Positions 25,118 to 39,395 of a stretch of DNA of 64,000 nucleotides are shown one piece after another (within the stretch, counting starts at the first letter, position 1; the number at the start of each line of letters is the position of its first letter). A program made the translations under genes and the position numbers. Below the pieces are notes generated by a model. The model ran no database searches, was not told where the DNA came from, and saw only the letters and a program-made list of their open reading frames with translations. The stretch spans positions 32,051,648 through 32,115,647 of the forward strand of contig NC_092673.1 in assembly GCF_964355755.1 (NCBI RefSeq). The letters are read 5' to 3'. Source of the DNA: Antedon mediterranea. Taxonomy: Eukaryota; Animalia; Echinodermata.

Positions 25118-27669
25118 GTAGACGACTGTCTCAAATCCGTAGACAGCGAAGAGACAGCCATTGAGCTTGCCAAGGGATTAAAGAATTTGCTGACTCGTGG
25201 AGGTTTCAACTTGACCAAGTGGGTCTCAAACTCCAACCAACTTGTGTCCACGCTCACAGACAGTGGACAGAATGCTTCAACATCATTGTTTGGAGGGGAA
25301 CAACAAAGAGCACTGGGAGTACACTGGTTTGTAAAACAAGATGCACTTGGTTACGTTATTTCTCCAAAGAAGCAACCCAGCACAAGAAGGGGAATTTTGT
25401 CTGTAGTAGCATCCGTCTACGACCCTCTAGGACTAATAACACCATTCATATTAAAGGCAAAGCTGCTACTCCGAGAACTGTGTTTGATTGGATGCAAATG
25501 GGACGAACCTATTCCAGTAGAACTACAGATTAAATGGCATGAATGGTTAAAGGAACTTCAGAGTCTTGATAAGTTGAACATTCGACGTTGCTACAAACCG
25601 TCAGATTTCGGCAACGTCACGTATAGAGAGTTACATCATTTTGGAGATGCATCATACACGAGCTATGGAGCTGCATCCTACCTTTACCAGAAGGACGAGT
25701 GTGGAAACGTATGCGGGACCCTTGTGACTGCGAAGTCAAGACTTGCTCCGGTCAAGACCCAGACAATTCCTAGATTGGAACTACAAGCAGCTGTCCTGGC
25801 AAGTCGCCTTGACAGAATCATTCGAGAAGAGCTGCATGAAATAAAAATCGATAGAACAGTTTGTTGGACAGACAGCACATGCGTGTTGAGATATTTGAAC
25901 AATGAAGAAACGAGATTCAAGACATTTGTTGGGAATAGAGTGACAACAATTCTTAATCAAACAACTAAGGAACAGTGGCGACACGTCAGTTCCGCTCAAA
26001 ATCCAGCCGATCTAGCCTCACGCGGAATGTCTGCAGAGGATATGATGACAAGTGAAATGTGGTTCACTGGTCCCAGTTTCTTGATGGAAGATGAAAGTGA
26101 ATGGCCTCAAATGCCTACCGACTTTAATACTATCGTAGAAGATCCAGAAGTAAAAACTGTAAACGCTGTAACCGTTAAATTAAATGACGACAGAATAAAT
26201 GACCTCATCAACCGCTTTTCAAGTTGGACCAAGTTGATAAAGGTTTTTGCTTGGATACTACGATGGCGACGCAGAGTAAAGAACAAAGGTACCAACATTA
26301 ACAGTTTCATATCCGTTGATGAGTGGAAAAACGCTGAGACAGTAATTTTCAGATACATACAAAATCAAGCACTTCACTCTGAAGTTAACCATCTCCAAAC
26401 CAATCAACAAGTCAAGAAGGGTAGCTCTCTCATAAAGCTAGATCCAATTGTAATGAACGGTTTGATGCGAGTAGGTGGTAGATTGAAAAGATCTGAAATT
26501 AGTGATGCAGCAAAACATCAAATTATCCTTCCAAAGAATCACCATGTAACCTTACTTAGCCTACGACACTATCATGCTATTTCCGGACATTCTGGCGTAG
26601 AGCATACACTGGCGGCGATACGTCAACGATTCTGGCCGATCGGTGGAAGAGTAAATTTGAAGTCAGTTGTTCGCCGATGTGTTAAGTGCCGTAAGAATAC
26701 AGCGCCAGTAATGCAACAAAAGATGTCCGATCTACCAGCTGATCGCGTTAAATCTACACCACCATTTACCAACATTGGAGTGGACTGTTTCGGTCCATTT
26801 TACGTGAGACAAGGAAGGTCAAGTGTTAAAAGATACGGAATCATCTTCACTTGCTTAACTGTCAGAGCAGTTCACCTTGAATTATCAAGCTCCTTGGACA
26901 CTACCTCGTTTATTAACGCTTTAAGGAGATTTATTGCCAGAAGAGGAACTCCAGTAGAGATTCGCTCTGACAATGGAGGAAATTTTGTCAAGAGGAATAA
27001 GGAGTTAAAGGCTGCAATTGAACTGTGGAATCAAGACCAAATTCACCAATACCTCCTGCAACGACATATTGTGTGAAAATTTAACCCTCCTCTAGCCTCT
27101 CATTTTGGCGGAGTGTGGGAAAGGTGTATTCGAACAGTACGTAAAGTTTTAAGTGGATTAATACAGGAACAAATATTGAAGGAGGAAGGATTAAGAACCC
27201 TGTTTTGTGAGGTAGAAAGCATTATCAATAATCGACCACTTACAAAGGTGTCTAATGATCCGAAGGATAGCGAGCCATTGACTCCGAATCACCTATTGCT
27301 GTTACGCACAGGTTCTCAACTACCACCAGCAACACTTACGCAAGATGATGCTCATGCAACCAAGCGCTGACGGCAAGTTCAGTACCTGGCCGACTTATTT
27401 TGGCGTAGATGGAAACGAGAGTACCTGCCCTCTCTACAGGAAAGGCGCAAATGGCATCACAAGCATGGAAACCTCAAGGTCGGTGACGTTGTAATCGTTG
27501 CGAATGAGTTAACTCCACGGAATTCATGGCCGCTGGCAGTGTCGTGGAAGTATACACAAGCACTGCAGATGGTCTTGTTAGATCTGCTAAAGTGAAGACT
27601 AAAATGTCAACTCTCGTTAGACCAATCTCAAAATTGGTATCGCTTGAAGTCGCAAGTGATTTGTTTTAA
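25118..27669 (+). pseudogene. BEL pol 3' part (RT C-half, RNase H, integrase, DUF5641-like tail)
   Basis: VDDCLKS, YDPLG, HHFGDAS, TIPRLEL, NPADLASRG, H-x4-H/CVKC, GVDCFGP, SDNGGNF; TGG>TGA at 27074 and 27368; frameshift ~27540. Confidence 0.95.
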
Positions 27670-28821
27670 GATATGAACTTTATGAACCTTTATTTTAATC
27701 TTTATGTAGTTAGTGTAACTCAAGCTTATTGTTTGAATTTGTAAAGGCTGGTTAGTGGCGCCTTTAGGGGCCGGTGTGTTACAGCTTAAGTACGACGCAT
27801 TTGGCGTCCCATACTTTATTTTTAAATTACCTTTCTTGCTTCTCATGTTACCGAGGTTACTTTGTTGTTTTCTCCGAAAGAGAGCAGTCATCTTCACCAT
27901 GTTTCATTCTAAAAGGCATAGTCGCAGATAGATGTATGTTTTTATATGCTTTTAATTATTATCATACATTTAATTAATAACTTAGGAATCATATGACGTA
28001 AGATTTAGTATTTGTAACTTTATAGTTTTCTTTATTTTGTAAGTTTAAGTTTCGATCATCCTTGATTGTTACCATCCATTGTGTACAGCATTATGCTAGC
28101 CTAAAAGATGCGATTAGCGCTGTTCGCCCGACTATATAGATTAGTTGGAAGCTTTTAATTATGTTATAACTTTATATATTATGATTGACATTCATCGTAT
28201 TCTGTGGTAGATTTACCCACGATATTGTAGTTTGTGATCAACATTTTAGTAGTTCATGTGTAGTTAGTTTAGCTATGTAATTGGAAACTTATATTTCAAT
28301 ATAGAATTCTTCATGGATAGACCATGTGAGTTATCACGGCGTGCAGAATTATGTTCGTTACGCTTGACTGAGCACAAGTAGTGCGCAGCTGCAGAATAGG
28401 CCAATAAGATTGTTTATATGTTATATAAAGGAATCGACTATAGAAATCATCAGTATGTACAATACAGTGCTTAATTAGTATTTTGATGTTAATTCTTGTT
28501 TATTTTTTCTATTAAATTTCAGTTAAAACCGTTTGACACAATAACGCGTTACAAGTTTTTGTTATTTGCCTTTTACACGTGACTGGAGGTCACAGGCTCT
28601 TCCAATCCTGGACTTCTATAACGTTAATAGTTATTATATTATGATGAAATAGGATCTAAATTTTAATTTAGTGGCAACTGGGGCAAGACCCCTGCGTCCG
28701 CCCTGATATTAATATTAACTATACCATTGGATCTGCCTCTGTAGAGTTTGCATTCATGACATCAAAGGAACAAATGAGGTCGTTCTCAAGTCCTATTTTC
28801 AAAGGTAATTAAAGAACTTAC

Positions 28822-31800
28822 CACTTTTTGATCCAACACTTTGGTCCATAACAGAGAGGGTGAACCTTCCACTTTCAGAGGAAGCTAGGTTTGGAGATAC
28901 AGTTTGAACAATAGTAATAGCATCCTTATCAATTTTAAGTTAATGAGGTTAGAGTCACTCTCCTAAGCACAGCAACTCATATATTTGAACCTTTTCATTT
29001 TAATAATATAGTTTTATATGTATTAAAAAGTATTTATTCAATTATACATGGCTGTGAAATCATATTTGAAAATAAATAAATATTTAGTCATATACAAAAA
29101 ATCAAACTTTCACTAGACATTTATCAAATTTTACTTAGTTTTTTGCTTTGCTACAGATGTACACATGAATAAAGAACATGCACATAAAGCACACCATCAG
29201 TGCTAACTAGAGTACCATGTCAATTTTAAATTTTACCTAAATTTAGACTAATGGATTATCAAGTGTATCAATTGGATCTCAATTTCCTCCAGCATTACAT
29301 ACACATGAAGTTTGATCAGCATACAAGAACTCACCACTTTTCGATTCAACACTTTTCAGATCCGTAACAGAAATAGCTGCATCTTCTAGGAATAAAAAAA
29401 AAACAAAATAAAAAAAAAACAAAGGATGTTTAAGCTGGTTTTTTACTCAGTTAAGTCTTACATTTTCCTTGTATTCTTTTTTTCCTTTTTTTTAATAGTT
29501 GATGCTTATCCCCAGTTTGTAACCAGTTGCTCTTTGTGACTCTTATTTACTGGTGACCATGCCATAAATATCATTTATTTTGGTCTCCATTCGCACATTT
29601 TACTTGACTTTATTTGAGTCATTTAACTTACTTACCGTATATATCTGCATTACGTTTAATCTGTATTATTAATTTCATTGGTACAAAGATATAGTTTGCA
29701 TTTATGCCGTTAAGGGACAAATGAGCTAGTTTTTAAGTCCTATCTTCAAAGGTAAGAACTTACCACTTTTTGATCCAACACTTTGGTCCATCACAGAGAG
29801 CATATAACAGCTACCTTCAGAAGCAGCTAAGTTTAGGTACAAATGAAAATAGGATAATAACAAGTGGCAGATAAATTGAATGAAAAAGTGTTGGACGTTG
29901 CTATTGATCGTGTGAGATTGTGAGTTTGAATGCAAAGCCCATCGCATTGCTTGTATCGTCACTTACTTTACTTATGTTTGCCTCTCTCCACCCAGGTGTA
30001 AGTCTACATAATGTAGGTATAGGTCAAAACAACTACTCTTATTACTAGCTGCAACATTATGTTTTATCAACATTATTACTACAGATGGTGGATTTAAATT
30101 TACTACATTTTACTTGGTAAAAATGTTTATATCCATATCAATTTAACAACCTTCTGATCCTTGCTCATTGCTTCCGATCGAGTCTTCAGAATTTTCTGTT
30201 TAATAGGCAAACAATAATAATAACATTAAATCTGTTTAAGGTTGAATAAAAATAAATAAATACAATTTAAAATTGGAAAAACCATGGTTGACTTAATACA
30301 GAGCAGATAAAATAAAATAAAGCAATAAACAGAAACCATAAAATGAAAAAGCAATGCATTTACCAGACAATCTTATAAATAGTCTAATTGTAAAAGATTT
30401 AATTGCATTGTTCATCATCAACCACATTGACATCTCAGCAACTTACCTGTTTCTGATATTCCTGGTTCCTTTATGTATGTGGTTGGACATTCTTCAGAAG
30501 CCATTTTTGCTTGGTCCAATTTTTCTGTAAAGAAAAAAATTCAGATATTCATTTATTTATTGTAGTTTTAAATTTTGATTTTTATAATTAATCCCATTTC
30601 AATATTTTAATTTAATTTGTATTATTTCATCTAGTACAGTTAGTGATAACTACTTTACACAGTACCATAAAGTAAAGTGGAATGTGAAATTTATGATGAA
30701 AGTTGGCACCTATGTGGAAACTGGTGACTAAAATGAAAATGGTACCGCAATTTCAGTATAAATTTGTTAATTACAGTAGGTACTATAAGCTTTATTTAAT
30801 AGTCGTTTTGCAAATCTTATCTTATGAACTATCAGTATAATAGAATATTTCTGATTGTTGACCATCATCACAGTGCTTGTTCATAGTGGTCGTATGAACT
30901 TCAAAAGACATATTTACATTCAATGTAACAGGAATTTTTGTTAAACATTTAAAAACCATTAAGTTGTCGTAGATGTCGAGAAACTAAATCAGTTGATGAA
31001 CCTTCTCTGATTTCTTTTTTCCAATTTCACAATTTGCCATCCTTACCATTTTGCAAATGTCTTAAACTAAGATAAACTCTTACCTATTTCCTCTAACTTT
31101 GTCACAGCAGCTTTGTAATCTTTATAATGAATTATAACACCGACAAATTCTTGTTTCTGAAACTGGTCAACTATTGTTTCTAAATCTTTGTGCAACTTTC
31201 CACTGGAATACATTTTCCAAAGGTCTTCCAATGCGTTAGTGTCATATGCAGCTACACGTAACACTAAGGATCCAAATGCTGCTTCCTTAAGTTATAAACA
31301 CAACTGTTTGAAACAAGCAAACAGCTGATAAACTCCACTAACTCCACTGAGAAATGAATCCTTAGCCAATTCCTGTCCTCTTTCACTGTTATTTTTATAA
31401 AGACTTAACTTTAAATGGACACCTTCAAAGATAAAAACACATTACAAACATATTATTAATTTCTTAAGTAATAGAATTAATCGTTGTCAAAATGTGGCAC
31501 ATTTATTTTAGTTTGTCTTTTTATATATTCAGTTGTATTGTACTACAAAATGTACAATAGAACTTTGTATTTATCATTTTGTATTATCAATATAAAGGCA
31601 GAATAGCTTATCTAGAGATAATGCAAACACATTACAAACAAATTTATTCAATATGCTTTTAATGTGTATATTATAAATATATATAAAACTTATACCATCT
31701 ATGATGATAATACCTTTGTATGTTTCCATGTCAGTTTGGGATGATTGGCCATCTGCAAAAGAAATAGAGTATCCGATAATAATTTACCTTTTCTAAACAG

Positions 31801-33403
31801 AACATTTGATAGAATGAGTACCGTAATGTCAGATATAGAATTACTATTAACCTATTAAGTTTTTTTTGTTTTGTCCACCACGCTATAGTATAGTTGGCAA
31901 AAGCCACTGTAATTAAAGTTGTATTAGAGACAATATATAGAGACAAACAATTTTTGACTTGTTCTTGCTATTACCTTTTCTCTGCAGTTCTCTTACAGCA
32001 ACATCGTACTCTGGTTGTTCTATCTTCCAGTTATCTATTTCCTGCTGTTGTGAATCAATCATGCATGCTAAACTCTTGAGAAGCTCTTTAGTTGAATGTA
32101 CTAACAATAAGTGTGCAAAGCCAGTTAAATTATGTATATCTAGCTTGAGAATAAGTGAAGCAGATGTGGGGTCCATACAAAATTGAAAATCATCTAACTT
32201 GACAATTGGGCTTACATCTGCAAAATATGTTTTGAGGTGATCCCACAAGTTGAAACGTGATTCACTTGTTACATAGCAACTTATTGGAAGTTCTGCACCT
32301 ACAGTATAAAAGAAAAAAGGCTTTAATTTCATTATGGCTACCACAAATTGAATATTAAAATACTGTATACAATTTGGAAAACTGTTTAAATTGCCTTAAA
32401 CTGGTATTGGTTACAATTTTAAAGTTACCTGGTAGAGTAAGGCTTATAGGGGGTGCTAAAACCTGCAAACCCTTGCAATCCTCCAAAAAAAAATCATCAA
32501 ACCAACACATTGAATCATATACCGTAGTGTACAGTATGACTCACTTGGTATAGTTTGTCAATACATTTTAATTACTTATTTTGTGGTAAAACGCTTTTCT
32601 TTTTTTGTTTTAAAAATTAGTTTTAACAAAGTGAGTTGTGATTCAATCACTTTTGTGTTGGTTTGATGGAGTTTGCTATGTTTTTTTACGATTTACTACT
32701 ATTTATAGAATTGAAGATTCAAAGATCAAAATGATAGAAAACAATATAAAATACTCTTCATTCTTATCAATGAACAAAAAAAATTAAAAATAATTAGAAT
32801 TACAAATAGCTCACGAGGTGTATTTTATATTATCATACGTTCTACTATAATGTAATGTATAAAAAAGTACCTCTATCAGTAGTAGATTCTTTGCACATTC
32901 ATTAAGACGAAGTGCAAATATTTCTATTTTGCCAGGTTCATTTGCTAATTTTCCATTACTCTCTAAGTGGAATACTACCTCCCAAATATCTTTTGAGCCA
33001 AATGCTGACAACAGTTTGTAGTAAGCAATAACGCGCAATAAACTTCCTCCGTCAACTTTTTTAAAGATTCAAACAATTGTTTCCGAAATGGTGATAATCC
33101 TTGTATATCAATATTCTGAACTTCATTATGCTTAATATACTCCAGTACAAAATCTTCAGCAGCCTTAACTTCTGTGAGCCTTGTAATCTCCAACAACAGG
33201 TTGACATTAGTAGGTTTAATATAACCTTTTAGCTCAAGCTTATTGAATAACTCATGCGCTATTACTAGTGTATCCTTGTAATAAAAGTCCCATGAATCTA
33301 AGGAATCGCATAAGCAGAATTTTAACCAAAAATAATGTTCACCATCATAGTGTTTGTTAAGATTAGCTTTCAACTCATCAAATTTCTCATTCAAGTCTGC
33401 CAT
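28822..33403 (-). pseudogene. Multi-exon death-fold gene: tandem DED-like domains + TRADD-N-like domain(s) + repeated short linker exons
   Basis: Exons 32871-33403 (ELFNKLELKGYIKPTNVNLL; 1-nt frameshift ~33060), 31975-32298, 31084-31422 (GSLVLRV...LEDLWKMYSSGKL; stop 31292-31294), 30447-30524, 30151-30195, and three similar mini-exons ending 29764, 29334, 28822, with GT-AG sites. Confidence 0.72.
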
Positions 33404-34001
33404 GATTTCATTGCATTTTGATTTCTCTGGGGAAAAAATGATGTTTTCACTTTAAATTCTAGTTGTGATATAGTTAATATTAAGTGGTTTAGAGGATGCA
33501 ATGTTTATTAGGGTTTGCTTTGTGAAATCTCTAATTTTCACAAGAAAATTCAACCAAAACCTTTAAAGCAATGTCAATTATTTTTTCCATAAATTTCTAG
33601 TCATGAAATAATCAATATTAAGTGGTTTGGAGGAGGTTTGCGCAAAGTTTGTGCAGTTTTGCAATACCCTGAATAATTAGTACGATCATCTTAATCAGGA
33701 CAATACGCAAAGCTACTATACAGTACAAGACAGTACCCTACTGTATGTGAATTACTGTAGTTTGAAAAGATTCATGCTAGGGTTCAATTAGGAAAAACAA
33801 ATATCTGAGGAAATGAGATGAAGTAGCTAGCGCAGCTCAACATTCCTCAACAACTTTTATTTACATTGGTCATACGTTACATTCTTTCGAACTCCCTTAA
33901 CATACTGTACTACCATGGAGGAAGGGCATACATAGGGCCTAAACATTTTTAAAATTTTGGATTTTTATTTTTTAAAAAGAATGTGTTTTGCGCCTCTTGT
34001 A

Positions 34002-34330
34002 TCCTATATATTTATATTATAAGTGAGAGAGTTTGTACGTCTGTCTGTGTGTTTGTTTGTTCGTTATACACATTTTTGTTACTGCAGGTAATCTTACATA
34101 TGGGGTATCAAAATGACCACAATTGTACCGGGAATGTTCTAAGCTATATTTCAACATCATACGCCACCTAAGATCCAAGTTAGGGACCAAAATGTGGTCA
34201 AAACTCCCACTTTCGATGTCTGTAGCCCCCTCGTTTTTAATAAAAATCTATTTATCAAAAAAACATTTTAAATATGTCCAGTGGTTCGATCGTGTATGGG
34301 CATTTGCTTAGGTAATGGAAATAAAACTAC
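34002..34330 (+). mobile_element. Truncated Helitron/Helentron-type 5' end
   Basis: A|TCCTATATATT...AAGTGAGAGAG followed by GTTT/GTCT microsatellite typical of non-autonomous Helitrons. Confidence 0.45.
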
Positions 34331-35104
34331 TTGATCTGATGCCATGAATGGTGTACAGTCACTATAAAAATACAGCAAAAATTCCATTCTATTTGGGGTT
34401 AATGTTATCTGGCATTCAAATATGTCTCATTCCCACAACAACCAATGGCACGGCATGTCTACACAGTAGAACCAATGGTGACTCCATAAGTGGCTTTTGT
34501 TTTGGGTGGACTACAGTATGACCTAGCATTTGAGGTGTCCAATTGTGTGGCCTCTGTAGTCATGATTGATTTGGTAATGTTTAGTAAACTGATTTAGTAA
34601 ATTAATTCAAATATGAAGTAAAGTAACTAATCGTAACATTTGGCGCAATATTAATTTCTATTGATTTAGACTGCAATAATAATAACATTTATTCAACATC
34701 AACAGACACTTTACATTGTTTATGGTCAAGACACACAGAAGTGGCTTGTCTTTGTAGTCCCTAAGCATAAAACATAGACGGACGCATTACAATTACAATA
34801 AATGACAATTTTGATAGAAAGGCGAGAAAAAAATTTAAAATCCTAAAAAAAAAATAATCATGGGGGAGTTAAACATTTTAGAAGTAATGCAAATAGTTAC
34901 AACTCCATGATGCAGTGTACCCCTCCAATTTGGACTACCGTCGGATTTCAGAGATCTCGCTCCTGACGGCTGACTTTGGCAGCCAGCCGCAACCGTCAGT
35001 GAGTCCTGGACATCCCCAGCGTCCATCTAGGCTGTAATGTGTGTGTACACCGATTGGATGAGGAGTGGACTGGTCCACAATTGGAGGGGTCATGCGTCTT
35101 TAGC

Positions 35105-36357
35105 GTTAAATCTAAATTAATAATTATATAATAATAGTAGCCATCATATACAATTCCTGCATTTTGCTAGTACCAGAAAAAGTAATAAAAGAGGTGGATA
35201 AATTAATTTTTAAATTCATTTGGGAAACTAAGAAAGAGAAAATAAAAAGAAAAACCATGTGTGCCAATTACAGTCAAGGTGGTCTAAAAATGGTAGAATT
35301 CAGATCTCAGGTAATATCTTTCCAAGTTAAATGGTACAGGAGACTGTATGAAAACGATGATGCCAAATGGAAATATTTACCTACATTTTATATAGAAAAG
35401 ATAGGCCCAAAATCATTAACCTCAAATTTATCAAAAGTTCCGTGTAATATATCCGTACCACCATTTTACCTCTCAGTTTTTAAGTCTATAGCAGTAGCTA
35501 ATGCTTGTAATAATAGATTAAATAAGGAACCAATAAGCTATGATGACATTATTAATCAATCATTATGGGGTAATGAGTTCATATGTATTAAAAAGAAGCC
35601 GTTATATAACTGTAACTGGATTAGTTCAGGGTTTTTAAAAATATATGATGTAATAAATAATAATGTGTTTAAGCCTGCGATAGAGATAAAAAGAAGGTTA
35701 AGATGTACACAAAATTGGATCAGTGAATATTCATGTATATTGAAAGCCATTCCAAAAGAATGGAAATGTATTTTAAAATCAACACATGACATTAATGTAA
35801 ATGATATACCTATTACAAACAATAAGGTCTTAAATATGACGTCTAGACAATTATATAGATTCATAATAGATGCTCAATATATTACACCTACGGCACAGGT
35901 TAAGTGGGAATCCATATTTGGTAATATGCCATGGACAAAAATATGGGTTAAAAAAGTTTCTGGTCTTAAAGAAAAAAAACTGGCACATTTTAATTTTAAA
36001 TTGTTGCACAGAATATTGCCAACAAATGAAAGATTACATAGGTGGAGACTTGTAAATTCCCCATGTTGTGACACTTGCAATGTTATTGAGAATGATAAAC
36101 ATATGTTAGTAGAGTGCATAACAGTAAAATGTTTATGGAGAGAGATAAACGAAATAATTAGAGCAGTAAGCATACATATTCCTGTTTTTTCTTTCAAAAG
36201 ACTTTTATTTGAAACTGACAATAATTACGTAAATAAATTATACACTTTAGGAGCATTTTGTATTTATAAAGTAAAGATATTAAGTTTATTGGAAAAAGAA
36301 AAAAAAATCAATCTCCTACAAATGTTTAAATCTGAAAAAAAGATAAGAAATATGTAA
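35105..36357 (+). mobile_element. 5'-truncated L1/Tx1-type LINE ORF2 C-terminus (zf-RVT region)
   Basis: FKFIW...KIKRKTM...GGLKM; FNFKLLHRILPTNERL...CDTC...ENDKHMLVEC. Confidence 0.85.
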
Positions 36358-36439
36358 ATCTGCAGGTATACTGTATATGCTCAACCAGATTAAGGAAGAA
36401 AATATGTAAATGAGATACCATGAATGATGAATCTATTAT

Positions 36440-36470
<31 letters not shown>

Positions 36471-37133
36471 CTTGCTACTATACTGTATGTTTTGTAAACA
36501 TGTATACCTTGATGATTTGAAAACAAAAAGACAAAATGTGAAAAGCTTTTTATAGATTGATGATAAAAAAAAAATGATGAAGGATAAGAAGGTTTAGGTT
36601 TAAGTGGGGAAGTGTTTTCATCAAAGCTTTCATATTATAGGTATATACCGTATAATATGTAATTTGCACATTCTTACTGCATGTGGAATTTTGAAATGAT
36701 AAAAGAATATTGCCAACAAATGAAAGATTACATAGGTGGAGACTTGTAAATTCCCCATGTTGTGACACTTGCAATGTTATTGAGAATGATAAACATATGT
36801 TAGTAGAGTGCATAACAGTAAAATGTTTATGGAGAGAGATAAACGAAATAATTAGAGCAGTAAGCATACATATTCCTGTTTTTTCTTTCAAAAGACTTTT
36901 ATTTGAAACTGACAATAATTACGTAAATAAATTATACACTTTAGGAGCATTTTGTATTTATAAAGTAAAGATATTAAGTTTATTGGAAAAAGAAAAAAAA
37001 ATCAATCTCCTACAAATGTTTAAATCTGAAAAAAAGATAAGAAATATGTAAATCTGCAGGTATACTGTATATGCTCAACCAGATTAAGGAAGAAAATATG
37101 TAAATGAGATACCATGAATGATGAATCTATTAT

Positions 37134-37165
<32 letters not shown>

Positions 37166-37399
37166 CTTGCTACTATACTGTATGTTTTGTAAACATGTAT
37201 ACCTTGATGATTTGAAAACAAAAAGACAAAATGTGAAAAGCTTTTTATAGATTGATGATAAAAAAAAAATGATGAAGGATAAGAAGGTTTAGGTTTAAGT
37301 GGGGAAGTGTTTTCATCAAAGCTTTCATATTATAGGTATATACCGTATAATATGTAATTTGCACATTCTTACTGCATGTGGAATTTTGAAATGATAAAA
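36010..37399 (+). repeat. ~695-bp near-perfect tandem duplication (LINE 3' end + poly-T)
   Basis: 36010-36704 repeated at 36704-37399; only poly-T length (30 vs 31) differs visibly. Confidence 0.95.
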
Positions 37400-38480
37400 T
37401 GGTTAAAAAGAAAAAAAAGAATGTCTAATTTTTTTAATGGATCATTAAACACAAATGTTGTTAAATGATAATGTATGTATAAAAAAATAATAGAATAAAT
37501 AATAAGTAAAAAAAAAATAATTGAATGAACCCACATAGGAAAAAAAAAAGTTAAATGAAACTTTGATGGGTTATACTGTAGATGCAAAAAAGGATAATCT
37601 GTTGGAAATAAATTTTGTAAACATTTAAAGATCAAAAAAATCAATGTTAAAGGATGAGGAAAATATAATGTTAACAGTAAAAAGTTAGTAAGTAATTAGT
37701 ATAACAGAGAATATGCATTGTTTAAATGAAAATATGTTTGCATAGATAAATCCAAAGAAAAATAAAATGGGACAAACCCATGGGATGGATTTATTAAACA
37801 TAAACGTATTATAATTATATGAAATAATATGCATGTAGATGAAAAAAAAAAACAAAAACAACTATGTAAGAAAAAATAAGCTTTGTTAATGAAAATGTGT
37901 TATAGATAATATGTATAAAAAGAGGAAACTATGTAATCAATGTGGTTAAATGATAATGTATGTATAAACAAAATAATATATGGAAATAGTTTTTTTTTTA
38001 AAGAAAATAAGTAAAAAAAAAAAAAAGTGGAGTGAATCCACATAAGAGAAGAAAGTAAAAAAGTTAAATGAAAATTTAAGAAGTTATAGATGCAAAAAAG
38101 GATCTGCTGGTTTTGTAAACATTAAAGAACAAAAATATTAACATTAATGTTAAAGGATGAGAACAATATTATGTTAACAGTAAACATGTAGTAAGTAATG
38201 AGTATAACAGAGAATATGCATTGTTAAATGAAAATGTGGTAGATGAAAAAATCAAAAACAACTATGTAAGAAAAAAAAAAGCTTGTTAATGAAAATGTGT
38301 TACAGATAATATGTTTAATCAATGTGATAATATGTAAACAAATGAATAAATAAGTATATGTATACAGATGATTAAACAAACATTGTAAATATAATGATAT
38401 GTATAGTGTATAGTGAAAAATATATGTAAAGAGAACAGTGGTTTGGAAATAAAAGTGGGATGAACCCACATAAGATAAAA
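37400..38480 (+). repeat. Older diverged tandem repeats (~500-bp period, A-rich)
   Basis: Motifs such as TTAAAGGATGAG, GAGAATATGCATTG, ACAACTATGTAAGAAAA and GAACCCACATA recur. Confidence 0.7.
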
Positions 38481-39395
38481 AAAAATAATAGTAGCCATCT
38501 TGCTTAATATACTACCCCAATATTTTCATTTAGTTATACACTGTAATCAAAGCATGGTAGTATAGATCAAGTTATCAAGTCTACGTAAGTCTTCTTTAGT
38601 GATGCAAAAACAATTTTTTTTGTAAATAGTTATATACTTACACACTTGAAGATAATATGAATTATGTTTGTGTGATAAAAGCCACTATATTCCACAGCAA
38701 TTCCATAGGTAATTATACTGTAAAAACTCTATGATTTATAACGTATACTCTTAATTATTTTTCCTTATTAACGTATTAAACAAACACTAAGTCCATGCAG
38801 AACAGTTGACTGAATTTCTCAGATCTTTTGTACAAAATACTTAAAGCATAACATGTCATCAGTATCTAGTTTGAATATAAATAGTTTATTGTTATAATAA
38901 TAATTGTTATGCACCTTTTCATTCAATTTTGAACCATACAAAGTTCCATACAAATTCCAAAGTACAGTACTGTATAATTAGGTATACTGTAGAACAGCAT
39001 AGAGATATCATAGTGAACTATTATATCTATGAGAACAGTAATGCAACATTTTTAGAAAATAGAATAATTTAATATATACAAAATGTAACTTATTGCTGTG
39101 AATTTCTGTATTTAAATTACTCAATAGTGCTCAAGAAGTTGAAAATGTCTAAATTCATATAACGTATGTACAAAATACTTAAAGCTTTGTTATACAGGAC
39201 TACAAATTGTTCACACTTCATCATTCAAAATACAAAGGCAGAAGAACGGCTTAGTTAGAAATAATAAGGGCAAAGGGACCACCTGCAATACTTCAATTTC
39301 TGCATTATTCAGAATAAAAATGTACAATAGTGTAGTTAATTCATTCTATTTTGGAATTTCTAAGTTGATTCCTTAGACAAATTATATATGGATTA

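Larger units (their letters stand above)
18835..28594 (+). mobile_element. BEL/Pao LTR retrotransposon, defective
   Basis: LTRs 18835-19654 and 27777-28594 (TG...CA, ~7 differences seen); 5-bp TSD GGCTC; purine tract before 3' LTR; PR-RT-RH-IN order. Confidence 0.97.

Noticed and set aside
27074-27370. APOBEC-like G>A hypermutation of the BEL element
   Set aside because: Only two TGG>TGA stops and one G>R; LTR differences show mixed substitution types
2670-33403. NACHT-LRR and DED gene as two halves of one inverted gene
   Set aside because: No matching breakpoints found; the Academ inversion geometry does not rejoin them
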